Shown piece after piece: positions 46,305-57,313 of a stretch of DNA of 64,000 nt. Source of the DNA: Corallochytrium limacisporum Hawaii (lineage: Eukaryota; Protista; Pluriformea); NCBI GenBank assembly GCA_002811645.1, contig PDIP01000126.1, positions 62,833-126,832 of the forward strand, written 5' to 3'. How positions within the stretch are numbered: the stretch's first letter is position 1; the number at the start of each line of letters is the position of its first letter. The notes beneath the pieces are model-generated. The model worked only from the letters and a program-made list of their open reading frames with translations, made no database searches and was not told the DNA's origin. Made by a program: the position numbers and the translations under genes.

Positions 46305-48953
46305 ATGGGACGTAGGGTAGTGGAAGGACCGACGTCATCGTCAGCGGGAGTTACCGCCCGCGACGACAGCGACACGGGCTCTATGGAGTCCCTGAAGGAG
46401 ATCAAGCGCCGAGAGAGCAGAAACATAGAAAATGCCACAGTCTGTGATAGCAAGGACATTAGTTTACGCAAGGGACACTTGCAGGAATACGGATCAACAG
46501 AGAATGACGGACCGGTGGCAGCAAGTAGTAGCAGCAGCGGCAGCGGCAGCTATGGCAGCGGATCAGCCATGCCGCGGCTCCGCTTGCCCGCAGCTGCGCA
46601 GCACGTCGACCTCAAAGATGTACAGCTGAGTCCAGTCACGTACGATGCACGGCAGACACTCCAAAATATAGTTGAGACCACCGGGATACCCGTGCAGGAC
46701 GCGGCTCTGGTAATGACGGTTCAAAGTATTCTGGAGGAAAGATGCAGCATCGGGCTCTGGGGTTCAGCGGAATCGTGCCAAGCGCCGACCAAGGTCAATG
46801 AGGAGCATAGTCTGTCTGTACCTGCAATTACACCGCAGCGTAAAATGGGCCTGAAACTACACGAGCAGCTGACCAGCCACTGTCTAGAACTATGGCACAA
46901 TGGTCTCCCGCTGGTGCTGGACATCACGATCGAAGACCAGGGCAACGGATCGAAGTGTGCTAATCACCTTGTATTAGAGCAGTGGATCCTGCAAAACAAG
47001 GACCCCAGTGGCACGACCGCTCATGGCAGTCCCGTAGCGTCGACGTCTCTGTCGCCATCGAAGCCGACACCGCACCGCGCGCCAAAGGCCCCCAAGGACT
47101 TCCCGACCTTCAATGCAGCCCTCCGCAGCTACCTGAAACTGAGCAAACTCAAGCTCTTGGGCAGTGTCAGTGTTACCAGCGGCAGGAAGAGTGCAAGTGC
47201 TGACGATAGGGAGCAGGAACTGCGTTGGAAACTGCACAGTGTCGAAGACCTCACCCGACACGACCTGGACGCGGGCAATGCCACCCACTCCTCGCTCAAA
47301 CTCGAACACGCGACTGAGGAGCGCATCTTTCTTTCCGAGATGGGTCAGGACTCCAACGGATCGCCATGCGTACTCTGCGTCAAGGCGGTCAGTCGATCGT
47401 TCCTGGTGCCCCCGGCTCACCTCCTGCGATACCAGCAACGTCAGCGCACCCAACCACCGTCGCAGGGCATGCTGAGCAAGGGTAAGAGCAGAAAGAGCTA
47501 TACGACATGGCCTTTGCGCGAGGAGCAAGCTCAGCAGCAGCAGCATGGTCAAAGGAAGCATATCTCCAGGGAGCAGCCATTGCACTTGAAACATGATTCT
47601 CCGAGCAATTCCATGCAGCTCAACAACCAACAGAAATCTCTTCGTGATGCCCAGGAAAGTGCCGTGCACACACGCCGTATCCTGCGCATGAAACAACCGC
47701 AACAACGACAGTCGCATCAGCTGCCGCGTATGCATGTGCAGGACACCCAACTCCCCCGCACGTCCCAGAGCGGCGCAATGCTCGCGAGCTCGCCGCCGTC
47801 AGACAGCGTCGCGGCTCTGTCACTGTCGCGCGAGGAGCCGCAGAGCCAGAACCCAACTGTGGTGCCTGCGGTCACAGTCAAGAGGCCTGGCCACCATTTG
47901 CTGCCGACCGCGGCACTGACTCATGAGCCGCCCCGCACCAATGCACGTGGCTGCCGTATCCACTCGCCTCAGATGCCCAAAAAGCCGTCCCCGCTGGCGT
48001 CCACGAGTTGCTCCCGATCCTTGTCGCCGAGCTTTTCGGATACCGTGTCTTGGTCACAATTGGACGATGGCGAGGATGATTATCAGGAGAACCAGTGCGG
48101 ATCGTTTGCCTCACTGACGCCGATTGGTGGTCAAACGGTTGTCTGTACCTCCGCAGGGACGGCTGCTGGTATGGTACGGGTCATGGACGCTAATGGTGAT
48201 TTCCAGACGTCAAACATGGACATCCTAGATGGCCAGGAGCAGCTGTCACAGGCCGTGTCGAAAGCGACCACACCAAAGCGCACACTACGCAACCGCAGCC
48301 CTCCCCCGCCTGCAGCGACTCGTCCTCAGCGCCGGGGCAGATTCCTAGGAGGCTTCGAATCAAGTCTCTGGCATGGTAACGGCTTTGGCGGCGGCAAGGT
48401 GTCCACGGTGCCTGGCTATACCCTCGAGGTGGTCATAGTCGGTAACGGGCGGCGTACGCCACCGCTGCGCCTGCCTTTCGCCGCACACTTCGAGGCGAAG
48501 GGAGGCAACAACCTGGACACTTTGCCGTGCTCAGACCAAAGCTCAAGCGTTTCTGTGCCGTATACCGCCCTAGTTGCTCTTCGGGACCGTCTCAGGGATG
48601 GGGACAATGAATTAGCCCCGAACCGCAGCACCGTGAGGTCGAAAACGGACAGTTACCAAGCCTGTCCCTCTCGTGGATTGGTCCAGCTGAGCCTGTTCAA
48701 TCCTCAGGGCACAGTGCTCAAGATTTACATAGTCAAATACGATCTGACGGATCTCCAACCGGGCGACCGCACCATGGTCCGGCAGCGGCATTTTCAGGAG
48801 AGCGATGGATGCCTCAAGTACGGCTGTCAGCTGCATTTTATGAGCTCCAAGCGCAAGGGCAAGCTGTACCTGTATGGCCGCATCAGATTGGTATTCCCTG
48901 CACGGTCCCCGGACGATGACCAGGTGTTGAAGACGGAGACTCTCTGGGCTTAA
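46305..48953 (+). CDS. Atos/FAM214 family protein (DUF4210 plus Chromosome_seg C-terminal domains), 882 aa
   Basis: RFLGGFESSLWHG resembles the DUF4210 LxGxFEESLLxGR motif. PSRGLVQLSLFNPQGTVLKIYIVKYDLTDLQPGDRTMVRQR and LKY..QLHFMSSKRKGKLYLYGRIRLVF match the FAM214 C-terminus. Alternative start at 46383. Confidence 0.88.
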   Translation: MGRRVVEGPTSSSAGVTARDDSDTGSMESLKEIKRRESRNIENATVCDSKDISLRKGHLQEYGSTENDGPVAASSSSSGSGSYGSGSAMPRLRLPAAAQHVDLKDVQLSPVTYDARQTLQNIVETTGIPVQDAALVMTVQSILEERCSIGLWGSAESCQAPTKVNEEHSLSVPAITPQRKMGLKLHEQLTSHCLELWHNGLPLVLDITIEDQGNGSKCANHLVLEQWILQNKDPSGTTAHGSPVASTSLSPSKPTPHRAPKAPKDFPTFNAALRSYLKLSKLKLLGSVSVTSGRKSASADDREQELRWKLHSVEDLTRHDLDAGNATHSSLKLEHATEERIFLSEMGQDSNGSPCVLCVKAVSRSFLVPPAHLLRYQQRQRTQPPSQGMLSKGKSRKSYTTWPLREEQAQQQQHGQRKHISREQPLHLKHDSPSNSMQLNNQQKSLRDAQESAVHTRRILRMKQPQQRQSHQLPRMHVQDTQLPRTSQSGAMLASSPPSDSVAALSLSREEPQSQNPTVVPAVTVKRPGHHLLPTAALTHEPPRTNARGCRIHSPQMPKKPSPLASTSCSRSLSPSFSDTVSWSQLDDGEDDYQENQCGSFASLTPIGGQTVVCTSAGTAAGMVRVMDANGDFQTSNMDILDGQEQLSQAVSKATTPKRTLRNRSPPPPAATRPQRRGRFLGGFESSLWHGNGFGGGKVSTVPGYTLEVVIVGNGRRTPPLRLPFAAHFEAKGGNNLDTLPCSDQSSSVSVPYTALVALRDRLRDGDNELAPNRSTVRSKTDSYQACPSRGLVQLSLFNPQGTVLKIYIVKYDLTDLQPGDRTMVRQRHFQESDGCLKYGCQLHFMSSKRKGKLYLYGRIRLVFPARSPDDDQVLKTETLWA

Positions 48954-49208
48954 AGTTTAGAAATACATGATCAAAGCATCGGACATTCATTACAATACCC
49001 ATGTTTGGAAACTGGTACTCAAGGGGGTCTAAGGATCATTATGGCATGTCTATTTACAGTTCTTTAAATTTGTGTGAAGAAACCAAGTTTTGCAAAGGGA
49101 GAGGGACCAGCCCCCCGCCCTTCCCCCCCCTTCGGCTCACTATAAAATTCCTTAAGTTTTCATTCTCTCTCAGCGGGGCGCTTTAGGCGAGAACGGGGAC
49201 GTATGTAA

Positions 49209-52200
49209 TCAAGCCGCATACGCCCGGTCCCACCGATGTTGTGAACTGCCCCGACCACCATTGTCCTCAGTCGTGTCTTGGGACACGTTGCGGCTGTTCC
49301 ACAATGGCTCTTGCGCTGCGGCCGTCTTCGTGTTAGCGTCCTCGGCAACTGACGCCATCGTCGCTGGCGTCTGTTTTGGCATTTCCGGGAACCAGTGGCC
49401 CAGTGGTCCTTCATGGTGACACTCTAGGCAGATTTGATCACCAGCGACGGGTTCATTGATGGCAATGCCAACGATTCCGGGAATGTGCTTGCGGATGACC
49501 CACAGGCAGTCCTGTTCAGCATGGGTGGCACCACTGAAAGTCCAATAGTACGCTTCGGTGGGATGCATGTGCCGCTTTGCGCGGCCCCTGACAATGGGCG
49601 ACTCTTTGACAGTGTTCATCAGGCGTTGCATGCTCTCACCCAGATCTGGCATTGTGCCTGGAAGGGGCCAGCGCATGGCGAAACTCAGAGCAAAGATGTG
49701 CAAGTGTAGTGTGTGTGTGTCCAACGCAAGTCTGCGTTCTTTGCGCAACGGTTCTACAAAATGCGCCTGCACGAAGGGGTCAAAACCATGAATGGCGGCG
49801 CGGCGGCAGATGGCAAAGCACATCAGATAGCGCCGCAGAGTACTGATCACGACCTTGTACTCATGTGCAGGGAAGTAGGACGTAATGTTGGGTTCGGCCA
49901 TCGCGGAAGGCAACAGTGTGGTCATGACGTCCAATTCACGCGAGACTGCCCGTTCCTTTTCACGCAGGGTGGCACTGAAGTCCATGTCCTTGTAGATGGG
50001 GTTGGCAAGGCCATGGTATGTGAATATACCGTCCGGGCCGTGCAATGGACAGTCATCGACGTCATCATCTCCGGCAATGTCTCTGGGATCACAGTCACTG
50101 TCTTCGTCACTGTTCTCACCACCGGCACCATCACCATCGTCACCGCCATCCTTGGGGAGCGGATCAGAACGACGCGGAGCTCTTTGTTCACCGTCCACAT
50201 CATTATCCTCATCATCGGCGGCGTTCTCAACCACGGCGGTCTCTGGATTGGCGGCCACCGAGGATTCATCAATGGTCACGGCAGTGTAAACGCTGATGTC
50301 GGTTTCGACAGTGGTTCGGGGTGAATACGATTGCACCTGTTCACCATTATCTGCCTCACTGCAAGTACTCTTACTGACTGCAGAAGCATTTGTGTCATCA
50401 ATGTCATGGCCAGTCTCTCTTGCGGATGATCCCACTGTCATGTTCTTGTCATTAGGTGAGGGCTGTGGTGATGCCAGCCCTTCCTGCAATTCTTCCTGTT
50501 GTGTCCTTTTCCGTCGCGCCTTACGCTCCTTTCGCATCCGCCGAATGTTTGCCTTGGCCTCATCATAGTCAACTGGCTCGTTCAGCCCCTTTCGCAACAA
50601 ATACTCTAGCTCGGTGAGGCGGAAGAAAGCCTCACTGGCGCGGAAGGCAATTTGATCATAGGCTCGAACGGGCCAGAGGGAGCGATTCAGGATCAGGCTA
50701 GCCACAACACCAAACAGAGTGGCAGCCACGCGCTGTAAGGCAATGTCATGGGGTTCGATGCTATCGTCGCCGTTATCAAAATCTCGGTACCATGACAGCA
50801 GCACAACCGGCATGGTAACCAACATCACGGTAAACGCATAAGGATACTTCGTGAAGGTGAGCAAGCCGTACACAACCGTAAAGCCGTAGATAGTGATCAG
50901 CATCACGATAATCCACTCTGTTGCATGGGCGATGTAGTAGACAGCAATGGCGGCCACGCCGCCAGCAATGGTGCCAATAATTCGTAGCACCGCTGCCATA
51001 GAGGTCGCTCCGATGACCAGTTTGTTCACCACCAGCACAGTGATGAAAGACCACTGCCAGGGGAAAGTGAAGTGCGCGACAAAAACAGGGAAGTAAAAGA
51101 GTGTGATCGCAGTCGCAGTTTTCAACGCGAAAAGGGCGTACATGGACGTGCAGAATTGATAGAAGGCACTCATCGAAGCACGCCAGTTCCCTTTCTTCTT
51201 CACAAAGTCTGGCTTCTCGATCCATTGCCGTCTGAGGTCCTGCAGGTCCAAGTATGGTCGTGTCGGTGTAAAAATAAGGCGCCAGCGATCCCTTCGGATG
51301 AAGGCCCATTGCTGCGTCCGCTCTTCGTGCTCCATGATGCCCTTAGACAGAACCTGTTCGCGCAGCCGACTCAAATCTTCGGCTAGTTCCCGCAGGCGGA
51401 ACACCACCATATGACTGTGCGCCAGACTAAAAGGTCGCCAGTGGGTGTAGCGCAGTTCACCACTTCCTTGCTCGCGCTGAAAATCAAGGCCGACGGTTCC
51501 ACCCAGTTGGTCCAACGAGAAGAGTAAGAAGTCGTTGGCCTTGGCGTCGAAAGAAGCACGGGTAATTCTGGGATCAAGCACGCGATCATGCAGCAGATGG
51601 TGGAAAGCTTCTTGCTGAGGAATCACGACCTTCTTAGCGGGCAGTCCATGGGTTTTTGTGACCGAAGGGGAACCGGACGATGACTCGTTGCTATCCTTGC
51701 GGGACATGTCGTTATCATCTCTTCCTTCCTTGTCTTCCTTGCCTGTCTTATACATGGACACTGTCAAAAGCGGAGCGCTTCTACGAGTGGGCCCCATTTC
51801 TGTGTTGTGATTTAAATCGTCCGGCCGCAGCGACGCCGGGTCCATGTCTATCACCACCGCATCACCTACAACGGTCCCTGTTGCAGGTGGGGCAGTCTCG
51901 GCTGATGCGAGAGGTTGGCTGTGGCTGCGTACGAACGGATTCGAGCTCAGCATCCCGCTGTGACTTGTTTTCTTGCGGGAATAATGATAGAGTGGATGAC
52001 TGGGCTCATGACCGTGACTGCTGTCGTGCAGGTGCGGTGTCATGGCTCGCCGGGCTGCCTCACCACGTATGGACGCAGTGCGGACTTCGGCCTCACGCAC
52101 AGCGTCACTAAGGTGCTCGTCGATATGCTCTCGGTCCAGGCCCATCACCCGGCTCCAGTACGGGCGCATATGAGCAATGGCGGACAACACGGACGCCAAC

Positions 52201-53477
52201 CGCTCACATATCTCGGCAAGCTGCAAGGCGAACGGTCGGATGGCCTGTTGATTGTACTCTCTGTGCACGAGCGCTTCCGTAACCGTGTGACGGGCGATCG
52301 AACTCACGTGATAGCTTACCGCCTGGACCCACTTCAGCACCTCATCCGTCCGCAAAAAGATACCAGACAAATTGAGCTCGAGCAAGGCACCCTGGCACCT
52401 CACTTTGAGCTTCTCGGTGTCGCTGTTGATCTCCGCGATCAGCGCGTGAAGGTGGTCATGGAAGCCTGCATCATCGTCGTAGGTACCTTCAGAATTAACT
52501 TCATCGTGGCATTCATGTTCCATTGCCATGCGATAATTGCGTTCATCTTGGTCCGTGCCATTGCCTTGGCTATCCGGCGATGTGGCTGTTGATGTACTAG
52601 AGCGTCTCTTTGACGCGAGCAGGCGACGCCGGGGAGACGGCTGTGGCGGAGCCGCGGCGAGGTCCTGATGACCATTGCTGTCGCGTCGACTGCTACCGCT
52701 GTCCCGGTCCAGCACACCGCCACTGATGCTCGATGCTGCGAGCGAGTCGTGGACCCGCGACAGCCGTGCGTGCTGCGCCGCGCGGTACTGCTTGGTTTCC
52801 TCCACAGATGCTTTCTGACTAACGCCCATCCGCGCGAACCGTTCGGCCGCCGCCTGCAGGGCCTTGGCACAGTTCGAACATATTTTTGAAGCCAAAAGAT
52901 AGAACTCCACAGAGTCTGGCTCGGGGAAGATCAAAGAGTTGACCACGAAAGTTAGGCCTGCATTGATTTGCAAGTTTATGGCTGGCACCTGATAGTCAAA
53001 GATTTCGTAGGTATGGTCGGTGTCTGTTGCACCGATGTAGAGATTGACACTAAAAATAATAGCACATATCATAAAGAAGAGTCGTGCCCGTTCTAGAACC
53101 GCAGTCATGTACGCAAAGGTAATATTGCCCACAAAAAACCATGGAATGGCCACCGCGGGGTTGGTCCGGGCGTCTGTAGCAGCGACAGGTATGGCAAGGA
53201 GCATGCCAAGTTGCGGTCCGATGATTCCTAACACGCAATTCGCAAAAACAACCCCCATGCTCGACCACGGTTGCAAAAAAGCAACACCAACCGGAATAAG
53301 GAAACCCGCCAATTGCAACCGCGGTGGGTTGACGAAGAAAATGATCATGCTAAACATTAGTACAATTGCAGCTCTGAACGCCTTTTTCGTTTTACGTTGG
53401 CACAGCCAGCCCTTGAGCTTTGCCCAGAAGCGGTCCCGCTTCCGGAGTTCTACTGTTTCTGTTCTTGATTCCGTCAT
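49209..53477 (-). CDS. FUSC/aromatic-acid-exporter (ArAE/ALMT-like) polytopic membrane protein, fungal Bre4/YGL140C-like architecture, 1422 aa
   Basis: Two hydrophobic blocks of about 5-6 helices separated by a long cytosolic loop. The second block has FALKT..WQWSFITVLVV..IGAT..LRIIGTIAG..QRVAATLFGVVASLILNRSLWP, typical of FUSC_2. C-terminal AEP..FP..Y and PLP.MP helical domain. Confidence 0.85.
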   Translation of the reverse strand: MTESRTETVELRKRDRFWAKLKGWLCQRKTKKAFRAAIVLMFSMIIFFVNPPRLQLAGFLIPVGVAFLQPWSSMGVVFANCVLGIIGPQLGMLLAIPVAATDARTNPAVAIPWFFVGNITFAYMTAVLERARLFFMICAIIFSVNLYIGATDTDHTYEIFDYQVPAINLQINAGLTFVVNSLIFPEPDSVEFYLLASKICSNCAKALQAAAERFARMGVSQKASVEETKQYRAAQHARLSRVHDSLAASSISGGVLDRDSGSSRRDSNGHQDLAAAPPQPSPRRRLLASKRRSSTSTATSPDSQGNGTDQDERNYRMAMEHECHDEVNSEGTYDDDAGFHDHLHALIAEINSDTEKLKVRCQGALLELNLSGIFLRTDEVLKWVQAVSYHVSSIARHTVTEALVHREYNQQAIRPFALQLAEICERLASVLSAIAHMRPYWSRVMGLDREHIDEHLSDAVREAEVRTASIRGEAARRAMTPHLHDSSHGHEPSHPLYHYSRKKTSHSGMLSSNPFVRSHSQPLASAETAPPATGTVVGDAVVIDMDPASLRPDDLNHNTEMGPTRRSAPLLTVSMYKTGKEDKEGRDDNDMSRKDSNESSSGSPSVTKTHGLPAKKVVIPQQEAFHHLLHDRVLDPRITRASFDAKANDFLLFSLDQLGGTVGLDFQREQGSGELRYTHWRPFSLAHSHMVVFRLRELAEDLSRLREQVLSKGIMEHEERTQQWAFIRRDRWRLIFTPTRPYLDLQDLRRQWIEKPDFVKKKGNWRASMSAFYQFCTSMYALFALKTATAITLFYFPVFVAHFTFPWQWSFITVLVVNKLVIGATSMAAVLRIIGTIAGGVAAIAVYYIAHATEWIIVMLITIYGFTVVYGLLTFTKYPYAFTVMLVTMPVVLLSWYRDFDNGDDSIEPHDIALQRVAATLFGVVASLILNRSLWPVRAYDQIAFRASEAFFRLTELEYLLRKGLNEPVDYDEAKANIRRMRKERKARRKRTQQEELQEGLASPQPSPNDKNMTVGSSARETGHDIDDTNASAVSKSTCSEADNGEQVQSYSPRTTVETDISVYTAVTIDESSVAANPETAVVENAADDEDNDVDGEQRAPRRSDPLPKDGGDDGDGAGGENSDEDSDCDPRDIAGDDDVDDCPLHGPDGIFTYHGLANPIYKDMDFSATLREKERAVSRELDVMTTLLPSAMAEPNITSYFPAHEYKVVISTLRRYLMCFAICRRAAIHGFDPFVQAHFVEPLRKERRLALDTHTLHLHIFALSFAMRWPLPGTMPDLGESMQRLMNTVKESPIVRGRAKRHMHPTEAYYWTFSGATHAEQDCLWVIRKHIPGIVGIAINEPVAGDQICLECHHEGPLGHWFPEMPKQTPATMASVAEDANTKTAAAQEPLWNSRNVSQDTTEDNGGRGSSQHRWDRAYAA

Positions 53478-56449
53478 GGTATCGATGTTTGTGTGTATTC
53501 TATGGTTCGTCCGACCCGCCGTTTCCGGGCCAGACGGCTTGTTTGGTCTCAGTTCATTGTACCCTAACTCGGACGACTGGTGCCTATGATCAGAATAGTA
53601 TCACTTTCACTTATCACAGAAAATATATTGGTTGAACTAAAGTAACTTGTTCCAAATGCTAAAGAGCATGCTTGGATAGTGTTAGTGTTGGAAGCCAAGT
53701 ACCTATTCTCAGCGATGTTACATAGGGCCAATATACCATAGCTGTGTGAGTCTATTCCATTCGCTCTTGCAAAGAGTCATCCCCATTCCAACATGACTTT
53801 CAAAACCAGCGCGCGGATTTGTGTGTGGGTGTGTGTGTACGTGTTGCTTTGAGCGTGCCAGACCCAAACGCAATTCACTCCGAAACCGTCCTCCCCACGA
53901 CAACCGTCAAGACCCACCCCCTGGGTCTCCTTGCTGCCCTACCGTTTAGGTCCAACCGGGGACCCCAACCCTTCCCTGCGGGGAGGCCCGGGGGGGGGGC
54001 ACCGCGTATACATCGCCCAGCTTGTCCCTCCCCCCCCCTCCCCACCCCACCAACTCTCCCCTCTTCCTCTCCCCCCTTACTCTTCTCCCGGTTGGGGCCC
54101 CCTGAACTCAAGTACTGCGCCGGTGTTCAGGAAAGATACAAAGAAAGGGGAGGCCTTTCAGGTGGTTTTTTTTTTTCCTTTTGGGCCCAGCCGGAAAACC
54201 CGCCAGACGGGTGCCCCCCGTGTCCCTTTGTGCGTCCGCTGCCTTCTCCACTCTTGCCGCCATTAGAAAAATCTTTTCTCTCTCTCTGTCTCTACCTCTC
54301 TCTTCTTCCCCCCCTTCCCCCCCCTCCTCTCTTCGGCCGCATCTCTTGGCTGGCGGGGTGGGCCCTGCATGCCTCGATCGAGAGTGAGATTGTGGGAAAA
54401 ATGTGATGAAATTAGTATAGAAATCGCACGCGAAGGGGCACACTTCAGCGTCAAGAGCAGCCATCACGACAACCCCCCCCCCGGGGAAGAGAGACCCAAG
54501 CAAAGAGAGATCTGAGGAACGCGAGACCTGCGGTGTTGGGCCTTGAGCACTGGAAGGATGTTTCAACGGAAGAGAAAGTTCTGGAGGGGTGCCCCGCTAT
54601 GGCCAAAGAATTGGGTTTTTTTCTTCCTTTTCCTTGGATAGGGTCAGGTGACATTGACGCAGAATCGGGACCTTCGCCGAAAGGGGGCGGTGGCGACAAG
54701 CAAGAATGGGACGGACACAGAGGAACCGTAAAATGCATCTACCTCTGAGCTTCAGAGCTTCAGAGATAGACACGCGAACAATGAGCCAACACCGGGACGA
54801 TCAGAAGGGGAAGAGAGGCGATCGGACATCAAAGAAGGCATCATCGCCATGATACAGCACCCTCGTTACCTCCAGCCCAGCACAGGTTTCAAACAGGAAG
54901 CCCGCAGCTGCTCTTGATGCTCACCCAAGCATTTCCCGTCCCAGCAGAACCGCGCGACGGGGAATCTCGCCAAAACCAAAGAAAAAACAGAAGAATACCT
55001 CTTCTCCCGTCTTCCCCCTTTCCAACGTACCTTCCACTTTGCTGTGCCACCACCACGGTGGTGAGAACTATTTGCTGACGATAACAACGACGGGGAGGGA
55101 GGAAGGGAGGAGGTAGGCGCAGCGTGGTTCACTTTCCCGCCGGGCCAGATCTCTCTCCGGGGCTTTGCGAGTCCCGCGGGTTTGGGGGTAAGGGGGAGGA
55201 GGAGGAGGAAGATAATTTAACCATCGGCAATAGTAGGTGAATTGACTTTTTCACTGGGTTTACGTGTATCTTTTAATTAGATAGGGACCACCATTTCAGT
55301 TGTAGGAATATTATGAATGGACAAACGAAGTTTTTTCCTTGGGTTTCTGGTTTACTGCTTTGATTGTGGTTCTTGGACAGTTCTGAGGTGTGGGTATGAG
55401 TCACTAAGCTTTAATATTTTTTTCTGCTTTTTTTTTTCTTTTCATATTTTCTCCTCGGTCATTCCCGTGCGCCCACTCGCACGCCTGGGCACCGATTGAT
55501 ACACACAGAGGGAGAGTCCATACGAGCCCGCATCGGCTTGTGGGTCAGACCTTCCCATACATTGGGACCCAAAACGGCATTGAGGGAGGATGCTATCCAA
55601 AGGAGACCTTATACGGCCCCTGTGTGGCTTCCCGGGGCCTGCCTGGTTCCCATGCGGACCCGCTCCTCACAATACACTCGCTACCACCATTACCCCATTG
55701 CGTGAGTGTGTGTGGTAATAATGGGGGCAAGAAAACTTGGGCCAAAAGAGCAACGAGCGGGGGGGGGAGGGGTGGGGGGGCGCTTAAGAGAGAGAGAGGG
55801 AGAGCGAGAGGGAAGGAATTAAAAAAATACGGTAACATCTTGGTAGTGGAGGAGAAACTGGACTCCGGGTCAGCTTGCAGAATCTAAAACCAAGAACGAA
55901 CGACGTTGTGGTGCCCAAACTGCCCGGTTTCGCAACATTACCCGTCCAGGGCCTTAGGCCTTCCTCCCAGTTTTTGGTGGCGGGTCTCTGTACTTCTTCG
56001 CCTCGGTCCAACCCCACCCCCCAAGGTCCAGGGGGGGGGGTTCGGACTCTGTTGGGTGGCCTTTAGGGTTTGTTGACCTCTGACAAATATTTTTTTAACG
56101 CGATCTCTCGCTAAAGCCCTTTAAAATGGCCTGAAACTTTTTTCTCCATCTCTTCCCTTTCCTCTTCGCAAGTGTCACTGTACGGCAGAACGAGGGACCG
56201 CGAAGACGCCCCCCCCCCCCCGGGGGCCCTTATACTCTCTTGTGCTCTGTCGACAGAATGGAATTCCTATAGCTACTGCTTCCCCCGTCTCCNNNNNNNN
56301 NNNNNNNNNNNNNNNNNNNNNNNNNNNNNNNNNNNNNNNNNNNNNNNNNNNNNNNNNNNNNNNNNNNNNTGTGCTCTGTCGACAGAATGGAATTCCTATA
56401 GCTACTGCTCCCCCCGTCCCCCCCCCCCCCCGCTGGGTTCCTTTGTAAT

Positions 56450-57313
56450 GTGATTGCAGAGGCCCTTAGTCGCAGGTGGAGGCCAATTCGACGTCGTTCA
56501 CACCCGGGGCGCTCAAGTCTCGGGAGCAGGACACGACAATTTCCAGTATAAAAAGTATGGAGAGGGCAGATGGGTCTTTGGATTGCTGTATCCGAAGCCA
56601 GCAGGCACGCGAGCAGTAATCCCTGGCTGTAAGGGCAGCTGCCAACACAAAGCACAGAGTGATGAAAGGGGCACAATTCTCCTCTCTTTAATCTTTGTCG
56701 GTAAGACCTCACGGTGACGGACGGATATGACGACGATTTGATGATGACCAGGAAGGACTGTCGGTGATGTGCGATGGGATGGATCATGATCTGGCCATGA
56801 TCATTGGCTCCATACCTGCCTGCAGCAAATTGAACTTCGTAGAGTCAACGACCGTTAATGCCGGACACTGCAAATCCGGCACCGGCTCTTGGCAGATTCC
56901 GGCACGTGACCTTGAAGTGCAATGAAGCTGTCCTGGACGTGGACCAGGCTGTGGTGCAAGCCTAGGCTTTGTAGGAACGATGAACAGATTGATCTCACAG
57001 GTCCTTTGGGGACTATAACCCGGATCAATTCCCGTGGGTGCCAGTCCTGAATCTGATTCGTCTTCGAGAAAGAGCAATGGAAAGCGTTTGCATTTGAGTC
57101 TTCCTTTAGGAGACAACGCATACAGATCTGGTTATGATCATGAACATGACGCTGGCATTGTGGCCCTGTACGCTCCAGAACATGATGTTGGTATGACAGC
57201 CTCCACAAAGGCATAGTAGACCACTCCTTCACCAAGGAACCCGCATCATGTACCCCGTCGACTCGCCACATCTGCGGAACCCTTGCCATTGTTTTGAGGG
57301 CATACACGAGCAT
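56450..57313 (-). pseudogene. Possible decayed gene or 144-152 aa hypothetical protein
   Basis: Strong start context caaaacaATGG at 57289. Overlapping ORFs in three frames show host-like codons and hydrophobic segments, but no recognisable domain. Confidence 0.2.

Noticed and set aside
56241-56421. Apparent 52-bp direct repeat flanking the gap at 56293-56369
   Set aside because: Uncollapsed contig overlap is the simplest explanation; not counted as a CRISPR, LTR or tandem repeat.
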